From a virus (lineage: Duplodnaviria; Caudoviricetes), in IMG/VR virus record IMGVR_UViG_3300042445_001485: a stretch of 64,000 nucleotides of DNA; one strand, written 5' to 3'. Shown here one piece after another: positions 44,910 to 54,877 of the stretch. The notes under the pieces were generated by a model. The model was not told the DNA's origin, did not search any database, and saw only the letters and a list, made by a program, of their open reading frames with translations. Within the stretch, counting starts at the first letter, position 1, and the number at the start of each line of letters is the position of its first letter. A program made the position numbers and the translations under genes.

Positions 44910-46258
44910 AATAGTTTTACGCCTGTAATTATTTCTAGTTCATCGTGCGACATTCCGTTATGAATGTCAATGATTTTTAATCCATTTGGTGTAACTTCTA
45001 GTGTGGCTAGATCGGTATATATACGCTTTACTACACCTCGTGCGGTTACAGGATATGTGCAAGTATCCATTATTTTACTTTGACCATTTTTATCTAAATG
45101 AGTCATTAGAATATAGACATTTTTAGCATAGCGAGCCAATTCCATACTAGCGCCAGGCGCAGGCAATCGATCTGGGTCATCAGTAGCCCATCCTGCAAAA
45201 TCACCATGTGTATCAACCTGGAACGCACCTAGTAGCACATAGTCAATGCGTCCACTGGTAATCATATTAAAACTGTCTACAAAGTCAAATGCAGAAGCAC
45301 CACTGTCCATGGCCAACATAGTGCCATTGGCACCACGCCAGTGTGCGTCCGGTTCTGAGTTATCAAGTAATCTAGCTCTACCCAACATGCCTTCGCTATG
45401 TACAAGTATTTCTTTATCTTGTTGTAGATACCTTACTGCATGCCAGGGCATACCGTAACCTAAATCAACCACACTATTGTCTGGTATATCTCGGGCCACA
45501 CGCTCTGCAATGGCAGAACTTACTTCATCGTGTTCCTGTGCTTTAAGACGAACAACAACAGGTTTTTTTGATTGAACTACACTATCAACAAATATGCCGG
45601 AAGTATGTATGCTGGCAGTATCCATGGCGTCAACTATACGATCTGCTTGAACAACTGTGTGACGGGCGGCACAGGCCATATAATGACTGGGACCACGACA
45701 GGATATTTTATAACCGCAGTTACCAAATCGATCAGCAACATCAGCTGAGATAATTGCTACATCTACATGAATAGCTTCTTCGTAGATATATTTAATTCCA
45801 TTGATAATTTTAAATTCTTTTCCTATTGCATAATCAGTATCTGCACCAACGGCTGTGTAAAATCCAGCTATCCCAGCACTGGATGATCGAACTCGTTCAA
45901 TCATATTTGCTTGCGGCACAACTTCAATTTCCATTTTGCCGGCAGTATATAGATTTTTTGCTATATTAGTTACCTGAGATGCCTGAGTTGCTGTATCAGT
46001 CCCGCGCAGAATTTTTGAATCGAGTTTTATTTTAGGCAAGGCACAGATAAACTTTTTAACACAGCCATTGGGTACCAGCGCCCCACCGAGTATAATAGTG
46101 TTGGCCACTACTGTTAAATTTTTAACACCTTTGCGAACTATTTCGTTGATTAATTCGTTGGGGTGTCCTATGCCCTGAAACCCCGCAACTAAAATAGTGT
46201 CACCATCTTTGATGTGCTTGAGTGCTTCTCTTGCAGATCTAAAAACCTTGTTTATCAT
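44906..46258 (-). CDS. Fused alpha/beta 3-oxoacid CoA-transferase (ScoAB/PcaIJ-like)
   Basis: DGDTILVAGF, GIAGFYTAVG, ADRFGN, DLGYGMP, HSEG (catalytic Glu), LGAFQVD, GASMEL. Confidence 0.87.
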   Translation of the reverse strand: MINKVFRSAREALKHIKDGDTILVAGFQGIGHPNELINEIVRKGVKNLTVVANTIILGGALVPNGCVKKFICALPKIKLDSKILRGTDTATQASQVTNIAKNLYTAGKMEIEVVPQANMIERVRSSSAGIAGFYTAVGADTDYAIGKEFKIINGIKYIYEEAIHVDVAIISADVADRFGNCGYKISCRGPSHYMACAARHTVVQADRIVDAMDTASIHTSGIFVDSVVQSKKPVVVRLKAQEHDEVSSAIAERVARDIPDNSVVDLGYGMPWHAVRYLQQDKEILVHSEGMLGRARLLDNSEPDAHWRGANGTMLAMDSGASAFDFVDSFNMITSGRIDYVLLGAFQVDTHGDFAGWATDDPDRLPAPGASMELARYAKNVYILMTHLDKNGQSKIMDTCTYPVTARGVVKRIYTDLATLEVTPNGLKIIDIHNGMSHDELEIITGVKLL

Positions 46259-46276
46259 TGTGCTTGATAATTTATG

Positions 46277-46699
46277 TTACTCAAACTGAGTTCTCGATTT
46301 GCGTTCTGCCATTACTGCGGTGCTGACAGTATCGTCGATATCAGGCTCGTCGTCGCTGACAAAAATAATACACTTAGGATCTGCTTTACGCAGGGTAAAT
46401 TCTTCACCATCGATTTCGACTTCCATGCCGCGGCTCCATCGACCGTGTTCGATAAACACCCATTGATCAACTCGAATATCAGTTTGATCTGGACCAACTG
46501 CATAAACTCGAGCCCATCGTGGACGAATACCTTCTGTTTTACCATCGTCATTTAATAGGTAAATTCCACTACTAAGTTGGCGACCACCGAAGTTCATGTC
46601 GCGTACAATCACATGATCATGCAGGGCTCGAATACCAGCAACTTGATTGGTTTGTTTGAATTTATTACTTGCTTGAAATAACGGTTCTTCTATTGGCAT
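46277..46699 (-). CDS. GroES-like co-chaperonin (gp31-like)
   Basis: IRALHDHVIV, SGIYL, ARVYAVGP, EHGRW. Confidence 0.75.
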   Translation of the reverse strand: MPIEEPLFQASNKFKQTNQVAGIRALHDHVIVRDMNFGGRQLSSGIYLLNDDGKTEGIRPRWARVYAVGPDQTDIRVDQWVFIEHGRWSRGMEVEIDGEEFTLRKADPKCIIFVSDDEPDIDDTVSTAVMAERKSRTQFE

Positions 46700-46700
46700 A

Positions 46701-47156
46701 TTAGATTCTCGCTGGTCCAACGGGTTTTCGTGGATCCTTAATTAGTTCTTGTTTGTGTACAGTGGCTGAGGCAATTGATGCGGCCAAACTACCCCGCATT
46801 TGTGGAACAGGATCGGCTGGGTTTACTACAGTTTCAATTACCTGATCGTTGTTTTCTTCGGATTGTGGCTCGGGTTGTGGCTCGGGCATAGGTGCTCCCT
46901 GTGACATTCTTGCTCCAGATTTAATTTGTTGTTGCATAATTTCGGCGGTGTTTATTTCAATTGGCACAGGAGTACTTAATTTATTATATGAATCCTGTGT
47001 TTGATTTCTTGTTTCTTTGATTCGCCCGCCGGCGCCAAGTTTATCTCCGCGGGCATTAACCTTCATATTGCCCACAGCAATAGTTTCTTCGTTGGCCACC
47101 CGTAAACTTTCAATATCAATTTGTTTGCCTTGTGCCGTTGTGTAAACTCTACTCAT
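46701..47156 (-). CDS. Hypothetical protein
   Basis: 151 aa with AVGNMKVNARGD. AGGAG SD. Confidence 0.7.
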   Translation of the reverse strand: MSRVYTTAQGKQIDIESLRVANEETIAVGNMKVNARGDKLGAGGRIKETRNQTQDSYNKLSTPVPIEINTAEIMQQQIKSGARMSQGAPMPEPQPEPQSEENNDQVIETVVNPADPVPQMRGSLAASIASATVHKQELIKDPRKPVGPARI

Positions 47157-47177
47157 ACATTGTTCTCCTGTGTATAC

Positions 47178-47702
47178 TTATCTTAAAAATTCCTCGATGT
47201 CTAAATCATAATACATGCTGTCTATTTTGTGTACACCAATCAAGTATAACACATAACTGGACACACTACTACCTCTTCCTAGACCCCATACCACAGTATT
47301 TTTTCTCATGGTATCTACAAAATATTTTAAGTATCTTAATAAATTAAATAAATCACGCTCTTGATATAGCATCAACTCTTTGCCAACTCGTTGTAATTTT
47401 GGATCATTATCACATTGGTCCAGTACCCATTGTGCAATATCCAGTTGTTTATATTCTTCGGGCATGTACCAATTTTGTTGTTGCACATGGTCAAACAACT
47501 CCAAAGGCACTTGTTCTTTGTAATCCATGGGAAGGTATCGTTGTACTATGGGAAAGTCACTGTAAGTGACTTCTCTTGCTTGATTATACTGCCCTGGATC
47601 CTCAACTTGAAATCTACTGATGTCCAAGTTGGGATTTTCGTACAGCAACTCAAATAATTCCTCAGTATCTGTATAGGCCTGACCAAATTGATTGTACTTC
47701 AT
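47178..47702 (-). CDS. Stand-alone fragment of DNA polymerase III alpha (DnaE-like)
   Basis: RVGKEL, WGLGRGSSVSSYVLYLIGVHKID, YDLDIEEFLR then stop. Confidence 0.8.
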   Translation of the reverse strand: MKYNQFGQAYTDTEELFELLYENPNLDISRFQVEDPGQYNQAREVTYSDFPIVQRYLPMDYKEQVPLELFDHVQQQNWYMPEEYKQLDIAQWVLDQCDNDPKLQRVGKELMLYQERDLFNLLRYLKYFVDTMRKNTVVWGLGRGSSVSSYVLYLIGVHKIDSMYYDLDIEEFLR

Positions 47703-47947
47703 GAGATATCAATGATGCCTTTGAATCCTTTGCCGTTCTTGTCTGCCCGTGCTTCCATTTCTTTCATCAACTTGTCCTGTCTACGACCAAGTTCATTTTG
47801 ATAGTCTTGCATGAGCATTTGGATCTGCGGAATTATTTGGCTTGGTCCAGATCGATAGGCTTGCCCCAATCGTCTGTTGAGATCATTGAATTTTTTTGCA
47901 AGCTCATCGTCGGATACTGTTGATAAATCTGGGGCAAGTGGGTGCAT
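47699..47947 (-). CDS. Hypothetical helical protein
   Basis: MHPLAPDL after AGGAG, with an early promoter upstream. Confidence 0.68.
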   Translation of the reverse strand: MHPLAPDLSTVSDDELAKKFNDLNRRLGQAYRSGPSQIIPQIQMLMQDYQNELGRRQDKLMKEMEARADKNGKGFKGIIDIS

Positions 47948-47968
47948 AGAAAAACTCCTGGTAACATT

Positions 47969-47997
47969 ATTATATAGCAATGTTGGCCAGGAGTCAA
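47969..47997 (-). promoter_or_regulatory. Sigma70-type promoter
   Basis: TTGACT-N17-TATAAT. Confidence 0.78.
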
Positions 47998-48019
47998 ATG
48001 GTTTATACCAATTTGGCCG

Positions 48020-49126
48020 TTAACTTAGAGTGATGTTTGCCCATTTGGTGCCGTTATACACCTGTACATTACCTGTGGTATAATTGTACACCGTCATACC
48101 GCTATTGGTTGGAGCGATGGCATCGATTTGTGTTGTGGTCAAATTGGCAAACTGTATTGCACTGCTTACTGTTAAAAATCCCGTGATGTTGGTATTACCA
48201 CTGGCATTGCCTACGTTGATAGTAGTGGCAGCACCAAATGCATTGACTGTGGTAGCAGTGGCATTGAACAATAATACATTAGAGGATGTAGTAACAATGT
48301 TGCCACCATTGGCATTAACATTACCAGTGACTGTAATGCCGGTTGCGGCAAGCACAGTAGTGGTAATTAATCCACCAGCAGGAGTGCTGATGTTGCCTGC
48401 GGTAATATTTCCGGTGACATTCAAATTCTGTGATACTGTGCTATTGTTGCTAACTAGTAAATTACCTAATGTCACATTACCAATGGTTACTGTAGTAAAT
48501 GCACCTGTTCCCGGTGTAACATTACCAATTGCTGTTGCTTGTAGGCCACCTGTGGTGGCTGTTGTGAATACTGCTGTGCCAGGTGTAACATTACCAATTG
48601 CAACTACTTGTAACCCTGCAACATTAGAAATATTACCACTGACACGGATATTACCATTGGCTGTGATCCAACCGCTACCGTCTGGGTCTAGGCTCAGATT
48701 GCCATTGGTCCCTGCCAGGGTAGTTATGTTGTTTGCCACAATATTACCACTGGTTGTGATATTACCAGCAACAATTTCTTGTTGATTTATAGTTATTGTG
48801 CCTGTCTCGTATATGTTACCAGTGACAATCAAGTTACCTGCAATGGTTACATTGGCTGATGCAGTTACATCTCCCAGTAAACTAGAAGTTTGATTTACAG
48901 TAAGATTTCGATCAACATTGGCATAGAATGGGGATACATTGCCACTGGTTGAAATAACAAGTCTAATATTGTTTACTGAGTTTTGTACATCAGTTATTTC
49001 GCTTGACGCAAAACTGAAGTTGTTTAAAATATTGGTAAAATTATCTCGAAAGCCTTGACTGTCGTTGTCTTGGCCAGCAACTGGAAAGTTACCATTAATA
49101 TTATTTGGGTTTATGTTTGATGACAT
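48020..49126 (-). CDS. Virion fibre/baseplate-associated protein
   Basis: Repeated GNIT/GNV beta-helix-like units. C-terminal YNYTTGNVQVYNGTKW. Confidence 0.75.
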   Translation of the reverse strand: MSSNINPNNINGNFPVAGQDNDSQGFRDNFTNILNNFSFASSEITDVQNSVNNIRLVISTSGNVSPFYANVDRNLTVNQTSSLLGDVTASANVTIAGNLIVTGNIYETGTITINQQEIVAGNITTSGNIVANNITTLAGTNGNLSLDPDGSGWITANGNIRVSGNISNVAGLQVVAIGNVTPGTAVFTTATTGGLQATAIGNVTPGTGAFTTVTIGNVTLGNLLVSNNSTVSQNLNVTGNITAGNISTPAGGLITTTVLAATGITVTGNVNANGGNIVTTSSNVLLFNATATTVNAFGAATTINVGNASGNTNITGFLTVSSAIQFANLTTTQIDAIAPTNSGMTVYNYTTGNVQVYNGTKWANITLS

Positions 49127-52100
49127 TAGTTAAATACTCCGATCTTGGGGAACTTAATATATTTATCTCCGGAAACGGGTAACACTTCATACTTTTCCCA
49201 GTATCCAGTCTGGAATGTCCTAGAGGGTAATACAGGTGTAATTGCTTTGTAGTAATTCCCTTGATACAGTACTTTACTATTAATATCGTATGCTACAGCC
49301 TCTACCCATGCAGTTGGTGCAGATATAATAGTTTCAGCAGGACTGTCCCGTAGATCAAAGAACTTAGTTCCATCGCCGTCAAATCTGGTTCTATTCCCAC
49401 TATTCCCATTAAAGGTGATAGTACTAGGAATTCTTCTATACATAGGCACTGTAGCGTCTATGTTGGTAAACGGAATAGTTGGATCATAGGTGTATGAATC
49501 ATAATCTGGGTCTGTTGTGTCTCCCCAGTCTTTGTAAAGCAAGAAACTTTGTCCATAGCTTCTACCGTCTAATACTTTGACCCGTGATCGCAATGGCACA
49601 GATTGTACAAATCCCAATCTAACATTTTCTGTGTCCGGATCTATTTGTATTTCCCATATTCCTGCTCTTTGATTTTGCACATAGTAACCTAAATAATCCC
49701 CAACTCTGATACTGACAGTGAATGAGGAATGACTTTCTAATGTGATGACATTGTTTACTATTCTTGCAATTCTAACCCCGTTGGGTATGCCATATCCAGC
49801 AACAACATTTTCAATTAGTTTTAATCTATCAGCAATAACTACAGGTAAAGTGTCTGCATCAACAGTGATGGTGTTGTTGGTATAATCAACTGCGGTCACA
49901 GTCAGATATGAAGTCAACTTGACAATATTATTAATTGATCCTGTACCTATTGTGGGTTTGCTAAGTGTCAACTGCAACGATAACCCAGAACCAACACCAC
50001 TGGCCACAGACTGACCTACCACTGTGGTATTATAGTCAATAAAACTATTAGGAACTATGGTTTTACCAATGTAATTGACTGCGGAGTACAGAATATAAAT
50101 GTTGGTTGTACCCACAGAAACAGGTGCCAACAATGTGGGTTCTTTGGCATCAATTAGGTATTCAGAGTACCCCGATACTACATACGAACTGTCATATCCG
50201 GTACTGTCGTAATAAGAAATATCAACAGTATCATTGATGTCTGAATAGTTACCAAGATACAAGTCAGTGTAGTATATCCAGCCATCGTCGGGATAACTTG
50301 TATTAAATCCTTCTTGTTGAGCAAAAATCAATCTATCGCCAGTTTTAAATCCGTTCACATTATCTATGCCGCCGTTGTCAAGTATGTGCTGTACTGATTT
50401 ATTATTAATGCTGGCAAATGGCTGTGTGACAGCATAGTTAACTGTGTATACTGGTTTACTAAATTTTATAGCGCCAGCTGGAGTTTGTCCCCAGGCCAGG
50501 CTTGATATAGTGATGGTTGTGTCACTGTCAACAGACACAATGGTTTGTCCGTCGGTAAATCCATTGCCTGTTATTACCATGCCTGTTGATAACCCAACCG
50601 TACTGGTTAAAGTTAAACTGTAGCCGGTTACTCCGCCTGATACATAACTGTAGTAGTAAACATCATTCTGTGATAGGTAATCAAATGTTGTTTCTCTGCT
50701 GGGCAAAAATGCCTGATTAGTAATGTCGTAATAATTGGATAATGTATTGTCTACTAGGTAACGATCAACAGTGTAGTTGATACCTGCCAATTCAATACCT
50801 CGGTCCTGCATACGATATGCAATTTTTTTACTCTCCCCGGATTTGGTGTATGCCAGCACCAAAGCTCTTTTAAACCCTAACACACTTTTATCTTCTTGTA
50901 CACTGGTCATCCAGTCTGGGATAACACCCTGTGCGCTATAACCTAAATTTTGACTGATTCGAGTTTCCATGTTGTCAAATGTGTTTGGGTTGATAATATA
51001 GTGACCCGTTCCCTGTGGATCATAATATGGATTTGCAACATGATTGATGCCACCTGACAGATTAGTTTCTAGTGTGACATCTAAATTTTCTGGATTAAAC
51101 GGATCAACCACTTCGACATAAACCACTTCATACTTGACTGCATAGTCATTGTCTGGGTCTGTGGCAATGGCCGTCTTAACTGGACCGAAGTTAATAACTT
51201 TATTGTAATGATTTTTTTGTATTGCTGAAATGTATGAACTTAAGGTACTAGGATCAACACCGGGCAATTCTAAGAAACGATATGATGATGCTTTGCCAAA
51301 ATTTGGATCATCGTGGCGGTATATAGAATCAATTGGGAATAAACTAGGATCAGCCAATATACTTGTCAACAATCGTCTTTGTTCAATTGGCGGCAGAGCC
51401 TGCATGTAAAGATTTTCATATGGTTTAGCATAAAGATTGTTGATTCTTAATTTGAATGTTTTTGTATCTGCTACAGAATTATCCACCGCAGTGGCTTTGA
51501 CTGTAAATGTGTATATGTTATCAAACTTTGTTTTGTTACCGTCGATTGTGGTTGCATCTGCATCAAGTTGAAAATGTCTAAATGTTGTACGACCTGTAAT
51601 TCTTCCACTTGATAATAACTGTAAACCTTGGGGCAGACTGACTGTGGTAGCAGTCAAGTATTCTGATCCTGTGGCAGCTGATCCATCGTTGAGCGTACCA
51701 TGCACAAGTTGATAAGTTACTTCTTTGCCCAGTGAGTTATATGCAACTATGCTCAACTCGCTGACACCACCATTGATGATATTTCCTGCTACAGTAGGAG
51801 TGTCCCATACAATCTGATTGTTGACATCACCCAGTACAGTCAATGAATAGACCATTGGTTCACTGACTAGATTACCACTGAAAGTTAAATTACCAGCTGG
51901 TGTACTGTTAGCACTTGATGTAATAGATACTGTGTTATTTTCTGTGTATACCCTATACACCTGTTGCCCAGTACCAAATCCATTGCCACTTATTTCCATA
52001 CCAGGGCGAATACCAGCAGTATTGCTCACAATGACATTGGTATTGGGAGATACACCTCCGGCTACATAATTGGCAGTAATTAAATTAAATTGTGGTACTG

Positions 52101-53205
52101 TATTGGCAGCTGTCACATAGAATGTGTAGACTTTCCTGTAATCTATTTGTGTGTCTATATGTCCAGACAACCAGCCAGTGGAGGTGTTGATTGATAAATT
52201 TGGTAACAAACTGGTTATATTACTAGCCCAAGTCAATGATGTTCCGTAAAAATCAACAGCTGAAAACCTAAAACTAAAATTGCTATTTTGTCTTACCACA
52301 GGCAATGAACTAACAGTTGTGGTTACTATGGGTGAATACACCTGATCTGCATCAACAGTGATAAAATTATCGTCAACTGTGTTTATATCATTGTCAGTGG
52401 ACCACGATCCTTTGGCAATAACTTTAATTGTATAAGTTTGCGTATCGTAATTGGCGCCATCAAATACTTGAACGGTAAATGTATAATTTTTATTTAAACT
52501 AGTAGCAGTGGTAAAGTCATAGGGGAATTCTTCGTACTGCTGTGTATAACCAAATGGTTCTGTTGTTACCAAGGAATATGGATTACCATTGCCGGCAAAT
52601 GTCTGACTGCTCGGTACACTGGTATTGGCAGTGGGAGTAAATGCAGTTTGAACCTGTGTTGGTTGTGCATTATAACCTAGTCTACCACTGGTATCTTCAT
52701 CTAGTACTCTTCCAATAAATCCTCTTAGATAACCATCTTCAGTCAATGTCAGGCCTGGTGGTAACGATTCTGCGTCTGACTTGAGACTCCATACCAAATT
52801 GCCTTCACGATTAGTTTCTAGTGCTTGAAATTTATGTTCGATGGGAGTACCATCAAAGTATTCGCCAATTAGCATTGTTTCGGGAGTGATCTGCGGTGGT
52901 ACAATGTTACTGACAGTAAAATTAAATGTACGGTCAACTACCACAACCGGGGTTTGACAACTGGCACGAATTGTAAATTTGTAAGTTCTAGTTTCGTCCT
53001 TGGGCCCAGGATCTGTTACAACCGGTACACCTTGTAGCAGACCAGATCTAACAACTTGTAAACCAGGTGGTAATGTGCCACTTAAAAAAATAAATGTCAC
53101 AGGCGATCCGGTAGGATTGTTGACCTCAAGCGGCAGGCTGTAGAATTCAGCCTCGGGAAACGTTCCTAAGTTGCCTCCGGGAGTAATCCATACCGGTCTT
53201 GACAT
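49126..53205 (-). CDS. Large baseplate-wedge-like protein with Ig-like repeats
   Basis: Repeated LPPGL..TG.L.G Ig-like (He_PIG-type) units. CBM5/12-like WxxxxxY..LYQGNYY near the C-terminus. Confidence 0.72.
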   Translation of the reverse strand: MSRPVWITPGGNLGTFPEAEFYSLPLEVNNPTGSPVTFIFLSGTLPPGLQVVRSGLLQGVPVVTDPGPKDETRTYKFTIRASCQTPVVVVDRTFNFTVSNIVPPQITPETMLIGEYFDGTPIEHKFQALETNREGNLVWSLKSDAESLPPGLTLTEDGYLRGFIGRVLDEDTSGRLGYNAQPTQVQTAFTPTANTSVPSSQTFAGNGNPYSLVTTEPFGYTQQYEEFPYDFTTATSLNKNYTFTVQVFDGANYDTQTYTIKVIAKGSWSTDNDINTVDDNFITVDADQVYSPIVTTTVSSLPVVRQNSNFSFRFSAVDFYGTSLTWASNITSLLPNLSINTSTGWLSGHIDTQIDYRKVYTFYVTAANTVPQFNLITANYVAGGVSPNTNVIVSNTAGIRPGMEISGNGFGTGQQVYRVYTENNTVSITSSANSTPAGNLTFSGNLVSEPMVYSLTVLGDVNNQIVWDTPTVAGNIINGGVSELSIVAYNSLGKEVTYQLVHGTLNDGSAATGSEYLTATTVSLPQGLQLLSSGRITGRTTFRHFQLDADATTIDGNKTKFDNIYTFTVKATAVDNSVADTKTFKLRINNLYAKPYENLYMQALPPIEQRRLLTSILADPSLFPIDSIYRHDDPNFGKASSYRFLELPGVDPSTLSSYISAIQKNHYNKVINFGPVKTAIATDPDNDYAVKYEVVYVEVVDPFNPENLDVTLETNLSGGINHVANPYYDPQGTGHYIINPNTFDNMETRISQNLGYSAQGVIPDWMTSVQEDKSVLGFKRALVLAYTKSGESKKIAYRMQDRGIELAGINYTVDRYLVDNTLSNYYDITNQAFLPSRETTFDYLSQNDVYYYSYVSGGVTGYSLTLTSTVGLSTGMVITGNGFTDGQTIVSVDSDTTITISSLAWGQTPAGAIKFSKPVYTVNYAVTQPFASINNKSVQHILDNGGIDNVNGFKTGDRLIFAQQEGFNTSYPDDGWIYYTDLYLGNYSDINDTVDISYYDSTGYDSSYVVSGYSEYLIDAKEPTLLAPVSVGTTNIYILYSAVNYIGKTIVPNSFIDYNTTVVGQSVASGVGSGLSLQLTLSKPTIGTGSINNIVKLTSYLTVTAVDYTNNTITVDADTLPVVIADRLKLIENVVAGYGIPNGVRIARIVNNVITLESHSSFTVSIRVGDYLGYYVQNQRAGIWEIQIDPDTENVRLGFVQSVPLRSRVKVLDGRSYGQSFLLYKDWGDTTDPDYDSYTYDPTIPFTNIDATVPMYRRIPSTITFNGNSGNRTRFDGDGTKFFDLRDSPAETIISAPTAWVEAVAYDINSKVLYQGNYYKAITPVLPSRTFQTGYWEKYEVLPVSGDKYIKFPKIGVFN

Positions 53206-53208
53206 AAT

Positions 53209-54777
53209 TTATACTCTACCTACAACAATTTCTATGATACCAACTTCGTCACTATCATAGTTCTGTAGTGCTTTACCTATCACTGTTCCTATGTGTGGAC
53301 CAACTGGTGGCATACATGCAGTTGCCACTCCTGGTACATTGCTAGTGACCATCATGTCACCGCGACAAATAGTGCCAACAACACGACAAGGCACACGCCC
53401 TTGGAGTGCTACAGCAACACCGTCAGCCGCACTGTTCATTAGGTAAGCAGGATTGGTAGTAACTATGCCAGCAACACGATTATCCTCATAAACAGTACTG
53501 ATAGTGACTTCGGTGTCTGTGCCAAATATCAATACAGTACCAGGTTCGTAGTCCAAGTCGGACTGATATTTCTCTGCCAAGTCAGCATATTGTGCTGTGG
53601 TGGCCTTGGCAAAGATGGTATTAAATGTATTTGTTGAACTACCAATGTTGCCTGTGCCGGTAGTTCCGTTTTTAGTGATGCTTGGTAAGGTAATGCCAGC
53701 AAAAGTGGGGGTAGCCGCAGTTTGTAAATCTTGTGCAGTATTGATTGTGGCTGTGGAACTACTGATTGTGATGCCTATACCATTACCACTGGCAAATGTC
53801 AATGTGCCACCACCTGCAACAGATCCCGATCCACCGGTTCCTGCCAGGGTAATTGTGGTTGTTGTTGCGGCAATGTTGCCAGTACCGATTGAAATTATAC
53901 GACCGTATGCATCTGTCGTTATAACTGGAACCACTGTTGCGCTACCGTAAGTTCCTGCACCTGGTCCTGTTGATGGCAAACTGATTGCATTGCCGCTGAT
54001 GGTTAAATTACCTGCACCCGAACTAGTACTTACCGCACGAATTCCGTTGTCATACAAACCTTGTCCGTATACAGTACTGTTTACAATAGTATTTCCGCTG
54101 ACTGCTAGTGCAGTTAATGTTCCGACCGATGTAATCGCAGTTTGTGTGCTGGTAAGAACACTTCCGTACAGATTACTAGATATATTACCAGCGGTTAAGT
54201 TTCCAGTAATACTGGCATTGCCAGTTGTTTGTAATGTTCCCGAGGCTGTCAAGTTGCCCGCTGTTATATTACCAACAAATTGCGCTGTTGTGGCAACAGT
54301 TAAACTGGCCACAGTCAAGCCACTGGAAATATTAAGATTACCTGCTGTTAAGTTGCCGGCAATGCTGACCAGACCGCCTACAAACAAATTACCACCTATA
54401 CCGGCACCACCTACAGCTTGCAATGCGCCAGTGGTTGTACTAGTGCTGGGTGTTGTGTTAGAAAAGATTCCAAGGTCGCTAACAGTACCGCCTTGCCAAT
54501 CACCCGAGAGAGCTGTTAAAACTTGAGAACCACCGGAATAAACAATATCGCCTCTAATAGCCTGACCATATACTGTACCCGAGTTTGCACTAATGTCGTT
54601 GTTTGCTGTGATATAAGTCACAGGATACGTTGCACTTTGAGTTCGTGTGCCGTTGAGTTGATTGTTTAGTTTGTCTGTGTTTTCGTTGATGATCGTAAAT
54701 GCGGCTCTGATAGTTGATCCATCACCTGCATTTGCATCTGATCCAGTGTTAACACTGGTAAATTGGGTAGTTGGCAT
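53209..54777 (-). CDS. Tail fibre protein
   Basis: N-terminal GSDANAGDGSTIRAAF anchor, G/T/N-rich stalk, C-terminal ADLAEKY...VALQGRVP domain. Confidence 0.75.
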   Translation of the reverse strand: MPTTQFTSVNTGSDANAGDGSTIRAAFTIINENTDKLNNQLNGTRTQSATYPVTYITANNDISANSGTVYGQAIRGDIVYSGGSQVLTALSGDWQGGTVSDLGIFSNTTPSTSTTTGALQAVGGAGIGGNLFVGGLVSIAGNLTAGNLNISSGLTVASLTVATTAQFVGNITAGNLTASGTLQTTGNASITGNLTAGNISSNLYGSVLTSTQTAITSVGTLTALAVSGNTIVNSTVYGQGLYDNGIRAVSTSSGAGNLTISGNAISLPSTGPGAGTYGSATVVPVITTDAYGRIISIGTGNIAATTTTITLAGTGGSGSVAGGGTLTFASGNGIGITISSSTATINTAQDLQTAATPTFAGITLPSITKNGTTGTGNIGSSTNTFNTIFAKATTAQYADLAEKYQSDLDYEPGTVLIFGTDTEVTISTVYEDNRVAGIVTTNPAYLMNSAADGVAVALQGRVPCRVVGTICRGDMMVTSNVPGVATACMPPVGPHIGTVIGKALQNYDSDEVGIIEIVVGRV

Positions 54778-54877
54778 ATAGCGAAAATTCCATTATTATA
54801 AGTTATTTATCGCTATACCAATCTAGACCAAAATTGGATAATGTGCGTAGATTATACTATCGCAGAATTTTCATTTT

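Noticed and set aside
46701-47702. Programmed frameshift joining the DnaE fragment to the next ORF
   Set aside because: The next ORF has its own AGGAG SD, lacks the DnaE catalytic DxD motif, and no slippery site is evident.
54781-54875. Inverted repeat GAAAATTC/GAATTTTC between fibre genes as an invertible segment
   Set aside because: Only 8 bp in AT-rich DNA, no recombinase nearby, and the segment carries a correctly oriented late promoter.
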